DNA from: a virus
Lineage: Duplodnaviria > Caudoviricetes
Virus record (IMG/VR): IMGVR_UViG_3300031589_000016
Location: 1 to 29,567 of that record
Reading direction: 5' to 3' (one strand)
DNA: 29,567 nucleotides
This document shows positions 1 through 8,297 of this stretch, piece after piece. Under the pieces are notes generated by a model that was not told the origin of the DNA, ran no database searches, and saw only the letters and a program-made list of their open reading frames with translations. Made by a program: the position numbers and the translations under genes. Position 1 is the first letter of the stretch. Every line of letters starts with the position of its first letter.

Positions 1-11
1 AGGAGACTACC

Positions 12-305
12 ATGTTTAAATTCTACCGTGGCACTGACATTCGTGAAGCAAACGAATTGGCCCTTGACAAACAGACTCGTGACATGACTCACTGGACTGA
101 CTCTTACGACAACGCTGCTAAGTACTCCAAAGGTGCTGTAGTAGAAATCGAAATGGAAGAACTGCCAGAGCACTTCAACGCATACCGTAGTGTATGTGAA
201 GGCGACGCTATCCACGGCACTTTTGCTCAATGGGTACTTCCCCGCGCTTACTTTGAAAACAGAGCATCTTGCTTTGTTGAACTGGCAACTGTCCACTATG
301 CTTAA
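12..305 (+). CDS. hypothetical protein, possible ADP-ribosyltransferase-like fold
   Basis: AGGAG SD at 1-5. YRG near the N-terminus and HWTDS-x-x-x-A-x-x-Y resemble ART strand 1/2 motifs. No clear catalytic Glu. Confidence 0.6.
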   Translation: MFKFYRGTDIREANELALDKQTRDMTHWTDSYDNAAKYSKGAVVEIEMEELPEHFNAYRSVCEGDAIHGTFAQWVLPRAYFENRASCFVELATVHYA

Positions 306-426
306 TAACTTTAAAGCGTGGTGGCTTACCAAAATAGAACAATGGACTAACGAGATCAATAACGATAGGTTGATCGAAGTCTTAAAGGAAACACTAGAAA
401 CCCCTGAAGAGGAAAACCAACTATGA
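298..426 (+). CDS. hypothetical protein (42 aa; ATG 298 preferred over 190)
   Basis: Fills the gap between neighbours with short overlaps at both ends. Confidence 0.45.
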   Translation: MLNNFKAWWLTKIEQWTNEINNDRLIEVLKETLETPEEENQL

Positions 427-656
427 TTACTAAGCTTGTCTTTGTCGTAATGTTTATTGTGTTAACTCGACTTGCTGTTGATAGCTATCGTCGTGGTTCT
501 TTCGGGTTTAAAAAAATTGAGTTCGGATTTGAAGTTGCAGTAGTAGGCGCTATTATTGCTGTTGTCCTATTTGGTGTAGCTGATGCACTGGGTGTCTTAG
601 CTGTATTTTGTTATGAAATCTATAATAAAATTAAAGAACAAAAACTAGGGGAGTAG
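423..656 (+). CDS. small membrane protein
   Basis: Two to three hydrophobic segments, GAGG SD, ATGA overlap with the upstream stop. Confidence 0.65.
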   Translation: MITKLVFVVMFIVLTRLAVDSYRRGSFGFKKIEFGFEVAVVGAIIAVVLFGVADALGVLAVFCYEIYNKIKEQKLGE

Positions 657-660
657 CAAA

Positions 661-930
661 ATGAACGTAGAAATACAAATATACGACCAAGATGATAAAG
701 AGCTCAGTATCAGTGCTATTCTTTATTCCTATGGTGTAATCAAAAGGTATAGCCAAACTGCTGATGAGCCTTCCGACATAGAGGTTCTTAAAGACCCAAT
801 TTTTAGAGACATTCTTATTACAGACGAGGACAGTAAAGAATGGGAACCTACCGGAGACCAACTAGAATCCGTAGAAGAACAACTATACGACTGGTGGTAC
901 ATGTGTGCACTGCAAGATAACTTTACATAA
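661..930 (+). CDS. acidic hypothetical protein
   Basis: GGGGAG SD; Asp/Glu-rich 89 aa. Confidence 0.65.
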   Translation: MNVEIQIYDQDDKELSISAILYSYGVIKRYSQTADEPSDIEVLKDPIFRDILITDEDSKEWEPTGDQLESVEEQLYDWWYMCALQDNFT

Positions 931-945
931 ACTAGGAGAAAACTA

Positions 946-1353
946 ATGATACTAACAGCAGCAGCTACTTGCTTGGCACTTAATATGTTTTTCGAAGCAC
1001 GTCACGAATCAGTACAAGGTCAAATAGCGGTTGCTGATGTTACACTTACTCGTGTTGCTGATAGCCGTTACCCTGATACTGTCTGTGATGTTGTGTGGGA
1101 CAAGAAACAATTCTCTTGGACTCACGACGGAGTTCATGACGACCCTACCCGCATGTCCTACTTAGACCAGAGGGCCTGGGAGAGCATCTCTAAGCTAGCA
1201 GTAGACATTTTAGATAATCCAGATAACCTGCTAGGCTTACCCTCAACACACTACCACTCTGTGGCTGTCTCACCTTTCTGGACTTCTCACTACGAGAAAG
1301 ACGGTCAAGTAGGAAACCACATCTTCTACACTAACGAAACACCTTATAAATAA
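946..1353 (+). CDS. cell wall hydrolase, SleB/Hydrolase_2 family
   Basis: CLALNMFFEAR.E...GQIAVA.V...R...YPDTVCDVV...QFSW...THYH...P.W...VGNHIFY signature; AGGAG SD. Confidence 0.9.
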   Translation: MILTAAATCLALNMFFEARHESVQGQIAVADVTLTRVADSRYPDTVCDVVWDKKQFSWTHDGVHDDPTRMSYLDQRAWESISKLAVDILDNPDNLLGLPSTHYHSVAVSPFWTSHYEKDGQVGNHIFYTNETPYK

Positions 1354-1372
1354 CTCCTTGAAAGGGAATACT

Positions 1373-1546
1373 ATGCACATCCATAAAGAAATACATCTAT
1401 GTGAAGCGGATGTCCGCCAGGCTGTCGTTGAGTTTGTTATTCGTAATAACATCGAAGAAAACCCTACTCTTAGTAAAGTTCTTATAGAACATGTAGAGTT
1501 TATAGAAACAACGGAAGGCCATACTGAAATCAGTATTTGTTTTTAA
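1373..1546 (+). CDS. hypothetical protein, duplicate copy 1 (MHIHKEIHLCEAD...)
   Basis: ATG at 1373 follows the AAGGGA SD; the TTG at 1358 lies upstream of the SD. Confidence 0.7.
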   Translation: MHIHKEIHLCEADVRQAVVEFVIRNNIEENPTLSKVLIEHVEFIETTEGHTEISICF

Positions 1547-1579
1547 TAACTAAAAATTAACTCCTTGAAAGGGAATACT

Positions 1580-1753
1580 ATGCACATCCATAAAGAAATA
1601 CACCTATGTGAAGCTGATGTCCGTCAGGCTGTCCTTGAGTTTGTTATTCGTAATAACATTGAAGAAAACCCTACTCTTAGTAAAGTTCTCGTGGAACATG
1701 TGGAGTTTCTAGAGACTAAAGAAGGTCATACTGAAGTCAGTATTTGTTTTTAA
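1580..1753 (+). CDS. hypothetical protein, duplicate copy 2
   Basis: Paralog of 1373..1546 with a few mostly conservative substitutions. Confidence 0.7.
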   Translation: MHIHKEIHLCEADVRQAVLEFVIRNNIEENPTLSKVLVEHVEFLETKEGHTEVSICF

Positions 1754-1786
1754 TAACTAAAAATTAACTCCTTGAAAGGGAATACT

Positions 1787-2008
1787 ATGAAAGTTAAAAA
1801 AATTGATAAGTCTAATAAACTTATGGCTGTTATGGCTGACGATAATTTGGGATACTTCCTACGGGATGATTCTGACCCTAAACTATCTTATTACGTCAGC
1901 CCCGATGGTCTTTGCTCCAGTCATGACAAAAGTCTAGAAGAAGTCTTACGCCTGCGGTCGCCAAGCCAAGCTGTCTATGAAGGTGACTCTATTACCCTCT
2001 CCTTTTAA
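1787..2008 (+). CDS. hypothetical protein
   Basis: Uses the third copy of the same initiation region. Confidence 0.65.
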   Translation: MKVKKIDKSNKLMAVMADDNLGYFLRDDSDPKLSYYVSPDGLCSSHDKSLEEVLRLRSPSQAVYEGDSITLSF

Positions 2009-2041
2009 CTTAAAGATTTTTATTAAAAAAGGATAAAGACC

Positions 2042-2191
2042 ATGCGCTACCAATCTATGTCAAGTCGAAGAGCAGGTAAAAGTAATTACATGAATGCTGT
2101 GCTGAACCGCCTCCTGAATAACGGTTATGATTGTATCTGTAAGGATGGTGTTACTACACTCTTCAAACGTAAGGACAAAGACCATGCTTAA
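2042..2191 (+). CDS. hypothetical protein (49 aa, MRYQSMSSRRAGKS...)
   Basis: Translated by hand. AAGGA SD; flanked by a 21-bp direct repeat (2009-2029, 2187-2207). Confidence 0.55.
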   Translation: MRYQSMSSRRAGKSNYMNAVLNRLLNNGYDCICKDGVTTLFKRKDKDHA

Positions 2192-2264
2192 AGATTTTTA
2201 TTAAAAACTGAGAAAATCCCACCCTCTATAATGAAGAAAACAAAAGTCTCTGAAAGGACACACT

Positions 2265-2498
2265 ATGGAACTCATCCTTGTACTTATCTTTATCGCTGCC
2301 TTCGCTGTAATCACTTACAAAATGGCTGAAAACCGTGGGCGTAATGCTTGGGGTTACACTGTCGGGGGCCTCCTACTTTCCCCTGTAGTCATGTGGATTG
2401 TCCTTGCTATCGTGGGTAAAACACCTGAGAAAACAAAAGCAGACATTCTTGAAATGAAAAAAGTTATGATGGAAGATGAAACTATCGTAGGTCAATAG
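2265..2498 (+). CDS. small two-TM membrane protein
   Basis: TM-A..RGR..WG..GLLLSP-TM pattern; AAGGA SD. Confidence 0.75.
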   Translation: MELILVLIFIAAFAVITYKMAENRGRNAWGYTVGGLLLSPVVMWIVLAIVGKTPEKTKADILEMKKVMMEDETIVGQ

Positions 2499-2533
2499 CA
2501 ACACTAAACCACCTAAACCAAAGGGACAAACCA

Positions 2534-2773
2534 ATGAGCTATAGAATTGAAGCCGCTACAAAAGAAGAGTGGGCTGAAAGAGCATTATCTGGTGAGAAGA
2601 AGTTAGAAGAACTAAAGGCTGCTTGTATTGCTGCTTGGGGTGCTGCTGCTCGTGCTGCTTATGGTGTTGGTGTCGATGCTTCTGATGCTGCTGCTTATGC
2701 TGCTGCTTGGGAGGCTGCTCATGATGCTTATCAAGATGAACTGAATAAAACAAAGGAACAAACAAATGAATAA
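2534..2773 (+). CDS. Ala/Tyr/Asp-rich repeat-family protein R1 (with a unique N-terminal extension)
   Basis: KLEELKAACIAA...AYQDELNKTKEQTNE; same ends as the 13.3-16.4 kb family. Confidence 0.75.
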   Translation: MSYRIEAATKEEWAERALSGEKKLEELKAACIAAWGAAARAAYGVGVDASDAAAYAAAWEAAHDAYQDELNKTKEQTNE

Positions 2774-2957
2774 CATGATTACAGCTATCGCCGAGGCGCT
2801 TCGTCGTCGTCGCAACATCAACGCAACTATCGCTGAACTGCACAGCTTGACTGATGCAGAGCTTCACGACATCGGCATTCATCGCAGCAATATCGAAACT
2901 GTTGCTCGTGGTTTGATCGACATTCATCGCACTGTGCGTGATACTAACAACCAGTAA
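2766..2957 (+). CDS. DUF1127 (YjiS-like) small protein
   Basis: RRRR...TIAELHSLTDAELHDIGIHRSNI matches the DUF1127 consensus (R..T..EL..L.D..L.DIG..R..I). Confidence 0.85.
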   Translation: MNNMITAIAEALRRRRNINATIAELHSLTDAELHDIGIHRSNIETVARGLIDIHRTVRDTNNQ

Positions 2958-2976
2958 CGTCTTGAAAGGACACAAA

Positions 2977-3105
2977 ATGAATACTGTTGAAATGAAAGCT
3001 TACCGAAAATCACCAGAGTTCCTTAAGAAAATTTCCTTTAAAGAACTTGTAAAAGCAATTGATGCTAAGTGGGGTCACACCTACGAAGATGCCACAAACG
3101 ACTAA
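2977..3105 (+). CDS. hypothetical protein (42 aa, MNTVEMKAYRKS...)
   Basis: Translated by hand; AAGGA SD within the start-associated motif. Confidence 0.6.
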   Translation: MNTVEMKAYRKSPEFLKKISFKELVKAIDAKWGHTYEDATND

Positions 3106-3178
3106 TATCTTAAAGTGTAGCCCCTGTGGGCTGCATCATAGGACACTAACGTCCGTATACCCCAATTGGAGACTACAC

Positions 3179-3607
3179 ATGGCTAATCGTATCGCAAACA
3201 ACACTCAAATCGCAACTATTAAAAAAGGCCGTATTGATAACTTACTACGTAATCAGGCTTGCATCACCGCTTGCTCTTTTGGTATTGCCGAGGCTGCTCG
3301 TATCCACAAGGTCTCTAAGGCTTCTGTCCACAACTGGATTCAAGGAAACTCTATGCATTACCACCGTGCTCAAAAAACAAAGCCAGCAAGAGAGTATAAG
3401 TCAGCAGTGAAGCAGCTAGAGGGTTCTTTCACTAAAGACTATGTTAATGGCTCTTTGCGTTATACTAACGAATATCGGCGTGAAGTAGCTATGTACGCAG
3501 CAGATTTTGGTGTGTCTCTAGCTTATCAAAAGTTTAAGCCAACTAAAGCAACAATCTACAAGTGGCTTCGTAGCTTCAACTTAGATGGTTACTACTTCTC
3601 ACGATAA
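3179..3607 (+). CDS. tandem helix-turn-helix DNA-binding protein
   Basis: GGAG SD before ATG 3179. Two HTH-like units: GIAEAARIHKVSKASVHNWI and GVSLAYQKFKPTKATIYKWL. Confidence 0.7.
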   Translation: MANRIANNTQIATIKKGRIDNLLRNQACITACSFGIAEAARIHKVSKASVHNWIQGNSMHYHRAQKTKPAREYKSAVKQLEGSFTKDYVNGSLRYTNEYRREVAMYAADFGVSLAYQKFKPTKATIYKWLRSFNLDGYYFSR

Positions 3608-3614
3608 GACCTCA

Positions 3615-3671
3615 TAAAAATTTTCCCCCTTCAGCTTAACGGTTGGAGGGGGTTTTTAACCTATTTTTTTT
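3615..3671 (+). terminator. intrinsic terminator-like hairpin followed by ACCTA-T8
   Basis: CCCCCTTCAGCT/GGTTGGAGGGGG stem with a TAAC loop, followed by T-tracts. Confidence 0.8.
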
Positions 3672-3800
3672 GAAAGAAATTATTAATGCCAGTAATATCG
3701 ATTATCTACCTACTTATATTCGTAGCGTATAGATAGTCGTTTAATCCTTAACTAGTGGAGTGCAATTTAGCACTTGGTCCACAACTACAAGGAATGACTA

Positions 3801-5987
3801 ATGAATACACTAGATCTTCTTGCAGATGACCTGCATTTTAGACAAAAACAAATGTTCAGCAAAGACGGAACAGTAGACACAAGGAAAAAAGCACATGCTA
3901 TTGCAGACATCTGCCCAACATACTTGGTTGAGCTAACCTACGGTCACGTTCTGCAAGCTATCGAGAGGCAGTCCTCTTTATCTGCTATTGTCAAAGGCAT
4001 AGGTAGCGCTATTATGCGACGGGAGAAATTGAAAGATGACCCTGTTCAAGCTTGCCACATAGGGTGGTGCATCCTCGTAGCTTACCTTGAAACCAACATA
4101 CTGTCTTACAAGGGTGAGCACAGAAAGAACTCTAAGGGCAAACGAGACAAGCACCCTACTTACTATATAAAAGTAAGGGACATGGACGCAATTAAAGAAC
4201 TAATGGACTTAGTTTCTAAAGACAGCGTTGACTTGTTCCCTATGCAACAGGCCCCACAGCCGTGGGAATACAACAAATTTTTACACAAAGAGACTGGGGT
4301 TAAGTTAATCAAACACGCGCATGAAAATGCCGTGCGACAAGTTAAGTATAACGACATGTCTTACTTGGTGGATACACTTAATAAGTTGGGTAGCACTCCT
4401 TGGTGTATTAACCCCTTCGTATTCGATGTGTTTAAGAAAACACGTAACCTAGAAAAAACCCCCTTCAAGTACTCTAAAGAAGTTGATAGAGAAAAAAAAG
4501 CCTCTTTATTGGTTGAAGTCAATGCCATCGAAGCCTTAGCAGAGAGGAATCTTAACAATGCTTTTTATCATCTTTACAATGTTGATTTTCGTGGGAGGAT
4601 ATACCCGAATACTTCTTTTCTACATGAGCAATCCTCAGATAACGCCAAGGGGCTTCTCTTGCTCAACAACCCGGTACCTCTAGGGGACAACGGTTACTAC
4701 TGGCTATCAGTGCATACCGCTAACATGTGGGGCAACGACAAGGTGTCTCTTGATGACCGTATGCAGTGGGTTCAAGATAACTTTGACGCTATCTGGGGGT
4801 ACGTAGAAGACCCTCTTGCAAACGATGACTGGATGGATGCTGACAAGCCTCTGTGCTTCCTTGCTTGCTGTAAAGAGTTAGTTGACATCTCTATATGGAG
4901 TGCAGTCCACCCTACCGAAGACTTCCCCTCTTGCCTGCCTGTCTACGTTGACGGCTCTAACAACGGAGTACAACACCTAGTAGCTATGTCTCAAGACGAA
5001 GACATTGCACCACTAGTTAACCTCGTCCCCCAAGACTTGCCGGGGGATGTTTACATGTTTATCGCTGAACATACTATTACTGAAATCGGTAAACAAATGG
5101 ATAAAGCCAAACAAGCAGACAAAGACAAGTTTGATGGTTTCTTTGTTGAGTGGAAAGAACAACTTAAAGGTTTGCGGGAACAGCCAGAAAGAACGGAACG
5201 GAGCCGTTTAGCTTGGCAAGAATTTGGTAAGTTTAAAAACCACAACTATCAGTACATTCAAGACTCTATGCCCATTTACTGGTCTAAGATTAAAGAAAAG
5301 AAGGTATGGCGTAAAACACTCAAGCGCAACGTTATGACACTAGCTTACGGTGGCACGGCGCGGGGCATGGGTCAGCAGATTATCGATGATACGAGGGGAC
5401 TGTCCGAATATCACCGTGACATGCATGACTCGTGGGGTTACAAGCTAGGCAGGGTTGTCCATACCCTATGCTACGAAAAACTCCCCGGACCTGCTAAAAT
5501 GCTTGGTATGTTCGAACAACTGGCTTTACAAGAGAACGACAAGGACATCCCTATCGCTTACGAACAAATCGTAACAGGCTTTCCCTTTGTTCATTCTTAT
5601 CGTGAGCCAGAAAAGAAAAGAGTTTTGCTTTACTATGGCGAAGACCAAATAAAACTTAACATCCAGATTTGGCAAGAGGCAACTCTTAAGAAGTCTAAAC
5701 AGAAGACAGGCGCGTCACCTAACATCGTTCATAGTCTAGACGCAGTTCACTTAACAATGGTCGTGCATGATGCAGACTATGAAGTAACTGTTGTTCACGA
5801 CTCTTTCGGTTGTCACGCAGGTAACATGGGCCACATGTTTGAACATGTTCGTCATAAGTTTGTCGAGCTATATAACATAGACCCCCTAAACCACATCATG
5901 TCTCAGATGGGCGCAACACACTTAATCCCAACTAAAGGAAATCTCAATGTCTCAGAAGTTATCAAATCCGACTACGCCTTTGCCTAA
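3801..5987 (+). CDS. single-subunit DNA-directed RNA polymerase (T7/T3 family), 728 aa
   Basis: DFRGRIY; motif A VDGSNNGVQH; motif B RKTLKRNVMTLAYG; SPNIVHSLDA; motif C VHDSFGCH. Confidence 0.97.
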   Translation: MNTLDLLADDLHFRQKQMFSKDGTVDTRKKAHAIADICPTYLVELTYGHVLQAIERQSSLSAIVKGIGSAIMRREKLKDDPVQACHIGWCILVAYLETNILSYKGEHRKNSKGKRDKHPTYYIKVRDMDAIKELMDLVSKDSVDLFPMQQAPQPWEYNKFLHKETGVKLIKHAHENAVRQVKYNDMSYLVDTLNKLGSTPWCINPFVFDVFKKTRNLEKTPFKYSKEVDREKKASLLVEVNAIEALAERNLNNAFYHLYNVDFRGRIYPNTSFLHEQSSDNAKGLLLLNNPVPLGDNGYYWLSVHTANMWGNDKVSLDDRMQWVQDNFDAIWGYVEDPLANDDWMDADKPLCFLACCKELVDISIWSAVHPTEDFPSCLPVYVDGSNNGVQHLVAMSQDEDIAPLVNLVPQDLPGDVYMFIAEHTITEIGKQMDKAKQADKDKFDGFFVEWKEQLKGLREQPERTERSRLAWQEFGKFKNHNYQYIQDSMPIYWSKIKEKKVWRKTLKRNVMTLAYGGTARGMGQQIIDDTRGLSEYHRDMHDSWGYKLGRVVHTLCYEKLPGPAKMLGMFEQLALQENDKDIPIAYEQIVTGFPFVHSYREPEKKRVLLYYGEDQIKLNIQIWQEATLKKSKQKTGASPNIVHSLDAVHLTMVVHDADYEVTVVHDSFGCHAGNMGHMFEHVRHKFVELYNIDPLNHIMSQMGATHLIPTKGNLNVSEVIKSDYAFA

Positions 5988-6165
5988 AGCTTATCGTAAA
6001 GTAAAGTTCGGCGACACTATCGACACTGTGAAGATTATCGGTCTAGACTACGACGCTGACGGTGTAGTAGAGGTAATCAAGGTCATGGTTCACCCTATGA
6101 CTGACGACGAGTTCTACGCAGAACTCTACATGGAAGACCTCGGCGATTGGAATTTCGTCGATTAA
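5947..6165 (+). CDS. acidic hypothetical protein
   Basis: AAGGA SD; overlaps the RNAP 3' end by 41 nt. Confidence 0.55.
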   Translation: MSQKLSNPTTPLPKAYRKVKFGDTIDTVKIIGLDYDADGVVEVIKVMVHPMTDDEFYAELYMEDLGDWNFVD

Positions 6166-6197
6166 AATAAGGTCAAAAAATACTTGACCCTTATGAC
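6164..6197 (+). promoter_or_regulatory. putative phage-RNAP promoter, copy 1
   Basis: Core AAATACTTGACCCTTATGA at 6178-6196. The 34-mer matches copy 2 with 2 mismatches. Intergenic, upstream of SSB. Confidence 0.75.
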
Positions 6198-6259
6198 TAA
6201 TACTAGTCCAAACACACACAATACAAATCTCAAATATACCCCAAAAGGAAGAAATTATC

Positions 6260-6793
6260 ATGGCTAACAACACAATCATTCTGTCTAACGTTGAACTTTT
6301 CTTTGCTAAGCTTGACCCAGCAAACCCCAACTCTCGCTTCGACAAAGATTTCCCAACTTGGGAAGTTCAGATTCGTACTAAAGACAAAGCTGTTGCTAAA
6401 GGCTGGAAAGAACAGAACCTTCGCGTTACTCCAGACGAGAACGACGATGGTGTATTCTATCGTGCTAACCTTAAGAAGAAGTCTAAGAAGCGTGACGGTT
6501 CCGACATGGCACCTGTTAACGTTGTAGCTGGTGACTTGTCAGCCGTAGACCCTGCCACTATCGGTAACGGTTCTATTGCTAACTTGTCTGTATTCCAGTA
6601 TGACTACAACATGAACGGCAAGGACGGTATTGCCTCTATGCTGATGGGCGTACAGATTACCACGCTTAACGAGTACAAGCCTATCCCGAAGCAAGGTGGA
6701 TTTGCTCCTACAGAGTTCAAAGTAAACAAAGTTGCCGACAACCAAGCTGTAGATGCTGACATGGTTGGCGACGACTCAGACATGGACTTCTAA
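6260..6793 (+). CDS. single-stranded DNA-binding protein, T7 gp2.5-like
   Basis: FAKL..P, IGNGS.AN, GVQI motifs; acidic C-terminal tail ending in Phe (DDSDMDF). Confidence 0.85.
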   Translation: MANNTIILSNVELFFAKLDPANPNSRFDKDFPTWEVQIRTKDKAVAKGWKEQNLRVTPDENDDGVFYRANLKKKSKKRDGSDMAPVNVVAGDLSAVDPATIGNGSIANLSVFQYDYNMNGKDGIASMLMGVQITTLNEYKPIPKQGGFAPTEFKVNKVADNQAVDADMVGDDSDMDF

Positions 6794-6804
6794 GCTATAA
6801 TACT

Positions 6805-6836
6805 AAGGTCATCCCAATAACGGGGTGGCCTTTTTT
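6805..6836 (+). terminator. rho-independent terminator
   Basis: GGTCATCCC/GGGGTGGCC stem followed by T6, directly after SSB. Confidence 0.85.
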
Positions 6837-6913
6837 ACTAAATGGAGAACTATTTTAATCGAAAACCACGAGCAAGTAAATATAGTTGTAAACACTAAAC
6901 AAGGAAAAACATA

Positions 6914-7201
6914 ATGGCTAACTATAGCAAACCTTACCACAAAGATAACATCCGTAAAGATGGAAAAAAAATTATCCTCCAACTTTATAATGCCTCAAAG
7001 GGCAATAAAATTATACACACGGGCAAAGGTAGCAGGAAACTTACGAAAGACTATATGATTAGCGTTTTACGTGACAACATTTCAGAGGGGTTGGGGCACC
7101 AAGACCGAAAGTGCGCAGACTGGATGACGGAGGTTTCGATAGCAAAACTTAACAATGAGGCAATCAAAATTCGATTTATACAGGAGGGGGAGCTATTCTA
7201 A
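6914..7201 (+). CDS. basic hypothetical protein
   Basis: AAGGA SD; TAATG overlap with the next gene. Confidence 0.65.
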   Translation: MANYSKPYHKDNIRKDGKKIILQLYNASKGNKIIHTGKGSRKLTKDYMISVLRDNISEGLGHQDRKCADWMTEVSIAKLNNEAIKIRFIQEGELF

Positions 7202-7638
7202 TGAAAAACCAAGTATACCTAGCTGGGCCAATGGAAGATTGTACCACAGAGGCAATGACTAACTGGCGACTACGGGCAACAGAGTATCTGGACATGGCGG
7301 ACATCGCCACTCTAGACCCAACACGACGGGTCAGCTTCCATGACCAGCTAGGAGATAACTTGCAGGATGTCACCAAGACTATGAACATCTGTAAGCGTAT
7401 CTTTAAACAAGACTTGCATGACATTGCGGATAGCCGTGTTGTGTTAGCTGATGTTCGCCGTGACTCTGGTCGTGGTACAGGCACCGCGATGGAAATCATG
7501 TTTGCTCACATGAAGAATAAGATTATTATCTTGTGGGCTGACGAAGACGACTTTGTACATCCATTCTTAGAGTCGATGGCTACAGAGAAACACTATAACT
7601 TGTATGATGCGCTTGACGCAGTAAAGGAGTACTACTAA
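7201..7638 (+). CDS. nucleoside 2-deoxyribosyltransferase-like (NDT/DNPH1/MilB superfamily) protein
   Basis: VYLAGPM, LDP, IFKQDL.DI..S.VVLA, GTGTAMEI.FA...K.I motifs. Confidence 0.8.
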   Translation: MKNQVYLAGPMEDCTTEAMTNWRLRATEYLDMADIATLDPTRRVSFHDQLGDNLQDVTKTMNICKRIFKQDLHDIADSRVVLADVRRDSGRGTGTAMEIMFAHMKNKIIILWADEDDFVHPFLESMATEKHYNLYDALDAVKEYY

Positions 7639-7916
7639 TGTATTATCGTAACTGTAAAATCCTCTCTTTCTACATGATGGATATGGACAACACTGACGAC
7701 GCCCAAGACATGCTACAAGACCGACAGTACTATATGACCCCCGATGCACCCCACTTTCACATGTCAGCTTCACAAGTGCGAGATACGATGAACATTGTAT
7801 CGCGTGTAGCAGAACGTTGTGGGGGTTATCCTGACCGAATCACTTGGTGGGTTGAACTTGAAGAGTTCCAAGGACAACTAGTAGAAGTAACTGATTACAA
7901 TGAACTGAGTGATTAA
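7638..7916 (+). CDS. hypothetical protein
   Basis: AAGGAG SD; TAATG coupling. Confidence 0.65.
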   Translation: MYYRNCKILSFYMMDMDNTDDAQDMLQDRQYYMTPDAPHFHMSASQVRDTMNIVSRVAERCGGYPDRITWWVELEEFQGQLVEVTDYNELSD

Positions 7917-8004
7917 CATGGGAACTAAACCAACGAGAGGCCCAGCCTCGCCTATGCCTTCTCACACGGCAATGATTGCAAACAAACTTCAAAAGGAAGA
8001 CACT

Positions 8005-8142
8005 ATGACTGTAGATAGATGCCCTAACACGGCTGCGTGGCAGGTTAGTATGATGATTAGTGGCTATCGTGAAAGCCGACGCTATATTGGCTATACTAAA
8101 AAAGAAGCAATAGCAGAGTTTGAAATGGAATTTGGCTTATGA
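8005..8142 (+). CDS. hypothetical protein (MTVDRCPNT...)
   Basis: AAGGA SD before ATG 8005, preferred over the 7909 start. Confidence 0.6.
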   Translation: MTVDRCPNTAAWQVSMMISGYRESRRYIGYTKKEAIAEFEMEFGL

Positions 8143-8297
8143 CTGAACATCGTGAAACTTACTACGAACTGCACCTCGACGGAGAGTTTGTACATAAAGG
8201 TTCTTATGAGTCGTGTCTAGAAGAGAGCTTGTATCCCTTAAATGATAACCGAACTGAAATCTACAAAGTAGTAGTCACGGAGGAGAGGATAAGATGA
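8139..8297 (+). CDS. hypothetical protein (52 aa, MTEHRETYYELHLDG...)
   Basis: Translated by hand; ATGA overlaps at both ends. Confidence 0.6.
   Translation: MTEHRETYYELHLDGEFVHKGSYESCLEESLYPLNDNRTEIYKVVVTEERIR

Larger units (their letters stand above)
1351..1790 (+). repeat. 207-bp tandem duplication (two near-identical units plus the start of a third)
   Basis: TAACTCCTTGAAAGGGAATACTATG at 1351, 1558 and 1765; units 1 and 2 encode near-identical proteins. Confidence 0.95.

Noticed and set aside
2213-2234. AAAATCCCACCCTCTATAATGA as a fourth promoter copy or a sigma70 promoter
   Set aside because: Only loosely similar to the 19-mer, needing gaps. It has TATAAT but no -35 match, and is a single occurrence.
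3059-3607. IS element or transposase call for the HTH ORF
   Set aside because: No DDE domain, terminal inverted repeats or target-site duplication seen.
3116-3782. Short hairpins at about 3116-3135 and 3755-3782, and a 16-codon hydrophobic ORF at 3687
   Set aside because: Single short occurrences without a U-tract or clear SD; indistinguishable from chance by eye.
6171-6189. GGTCAA-N7-TTGACC inverted repeat suggesting an N4-like hairpin promoter
   Set aside because: Present only in copy 1; copies 2 and 3 lack the left arm.
6184-6215. TTGACC in the 19-bp motif as a sigma70 -35 element
   Set aside because: No consistent -10 hexamer 16-18 nt downstream in the three copies, and conservation is contiguous rather than bipartite.
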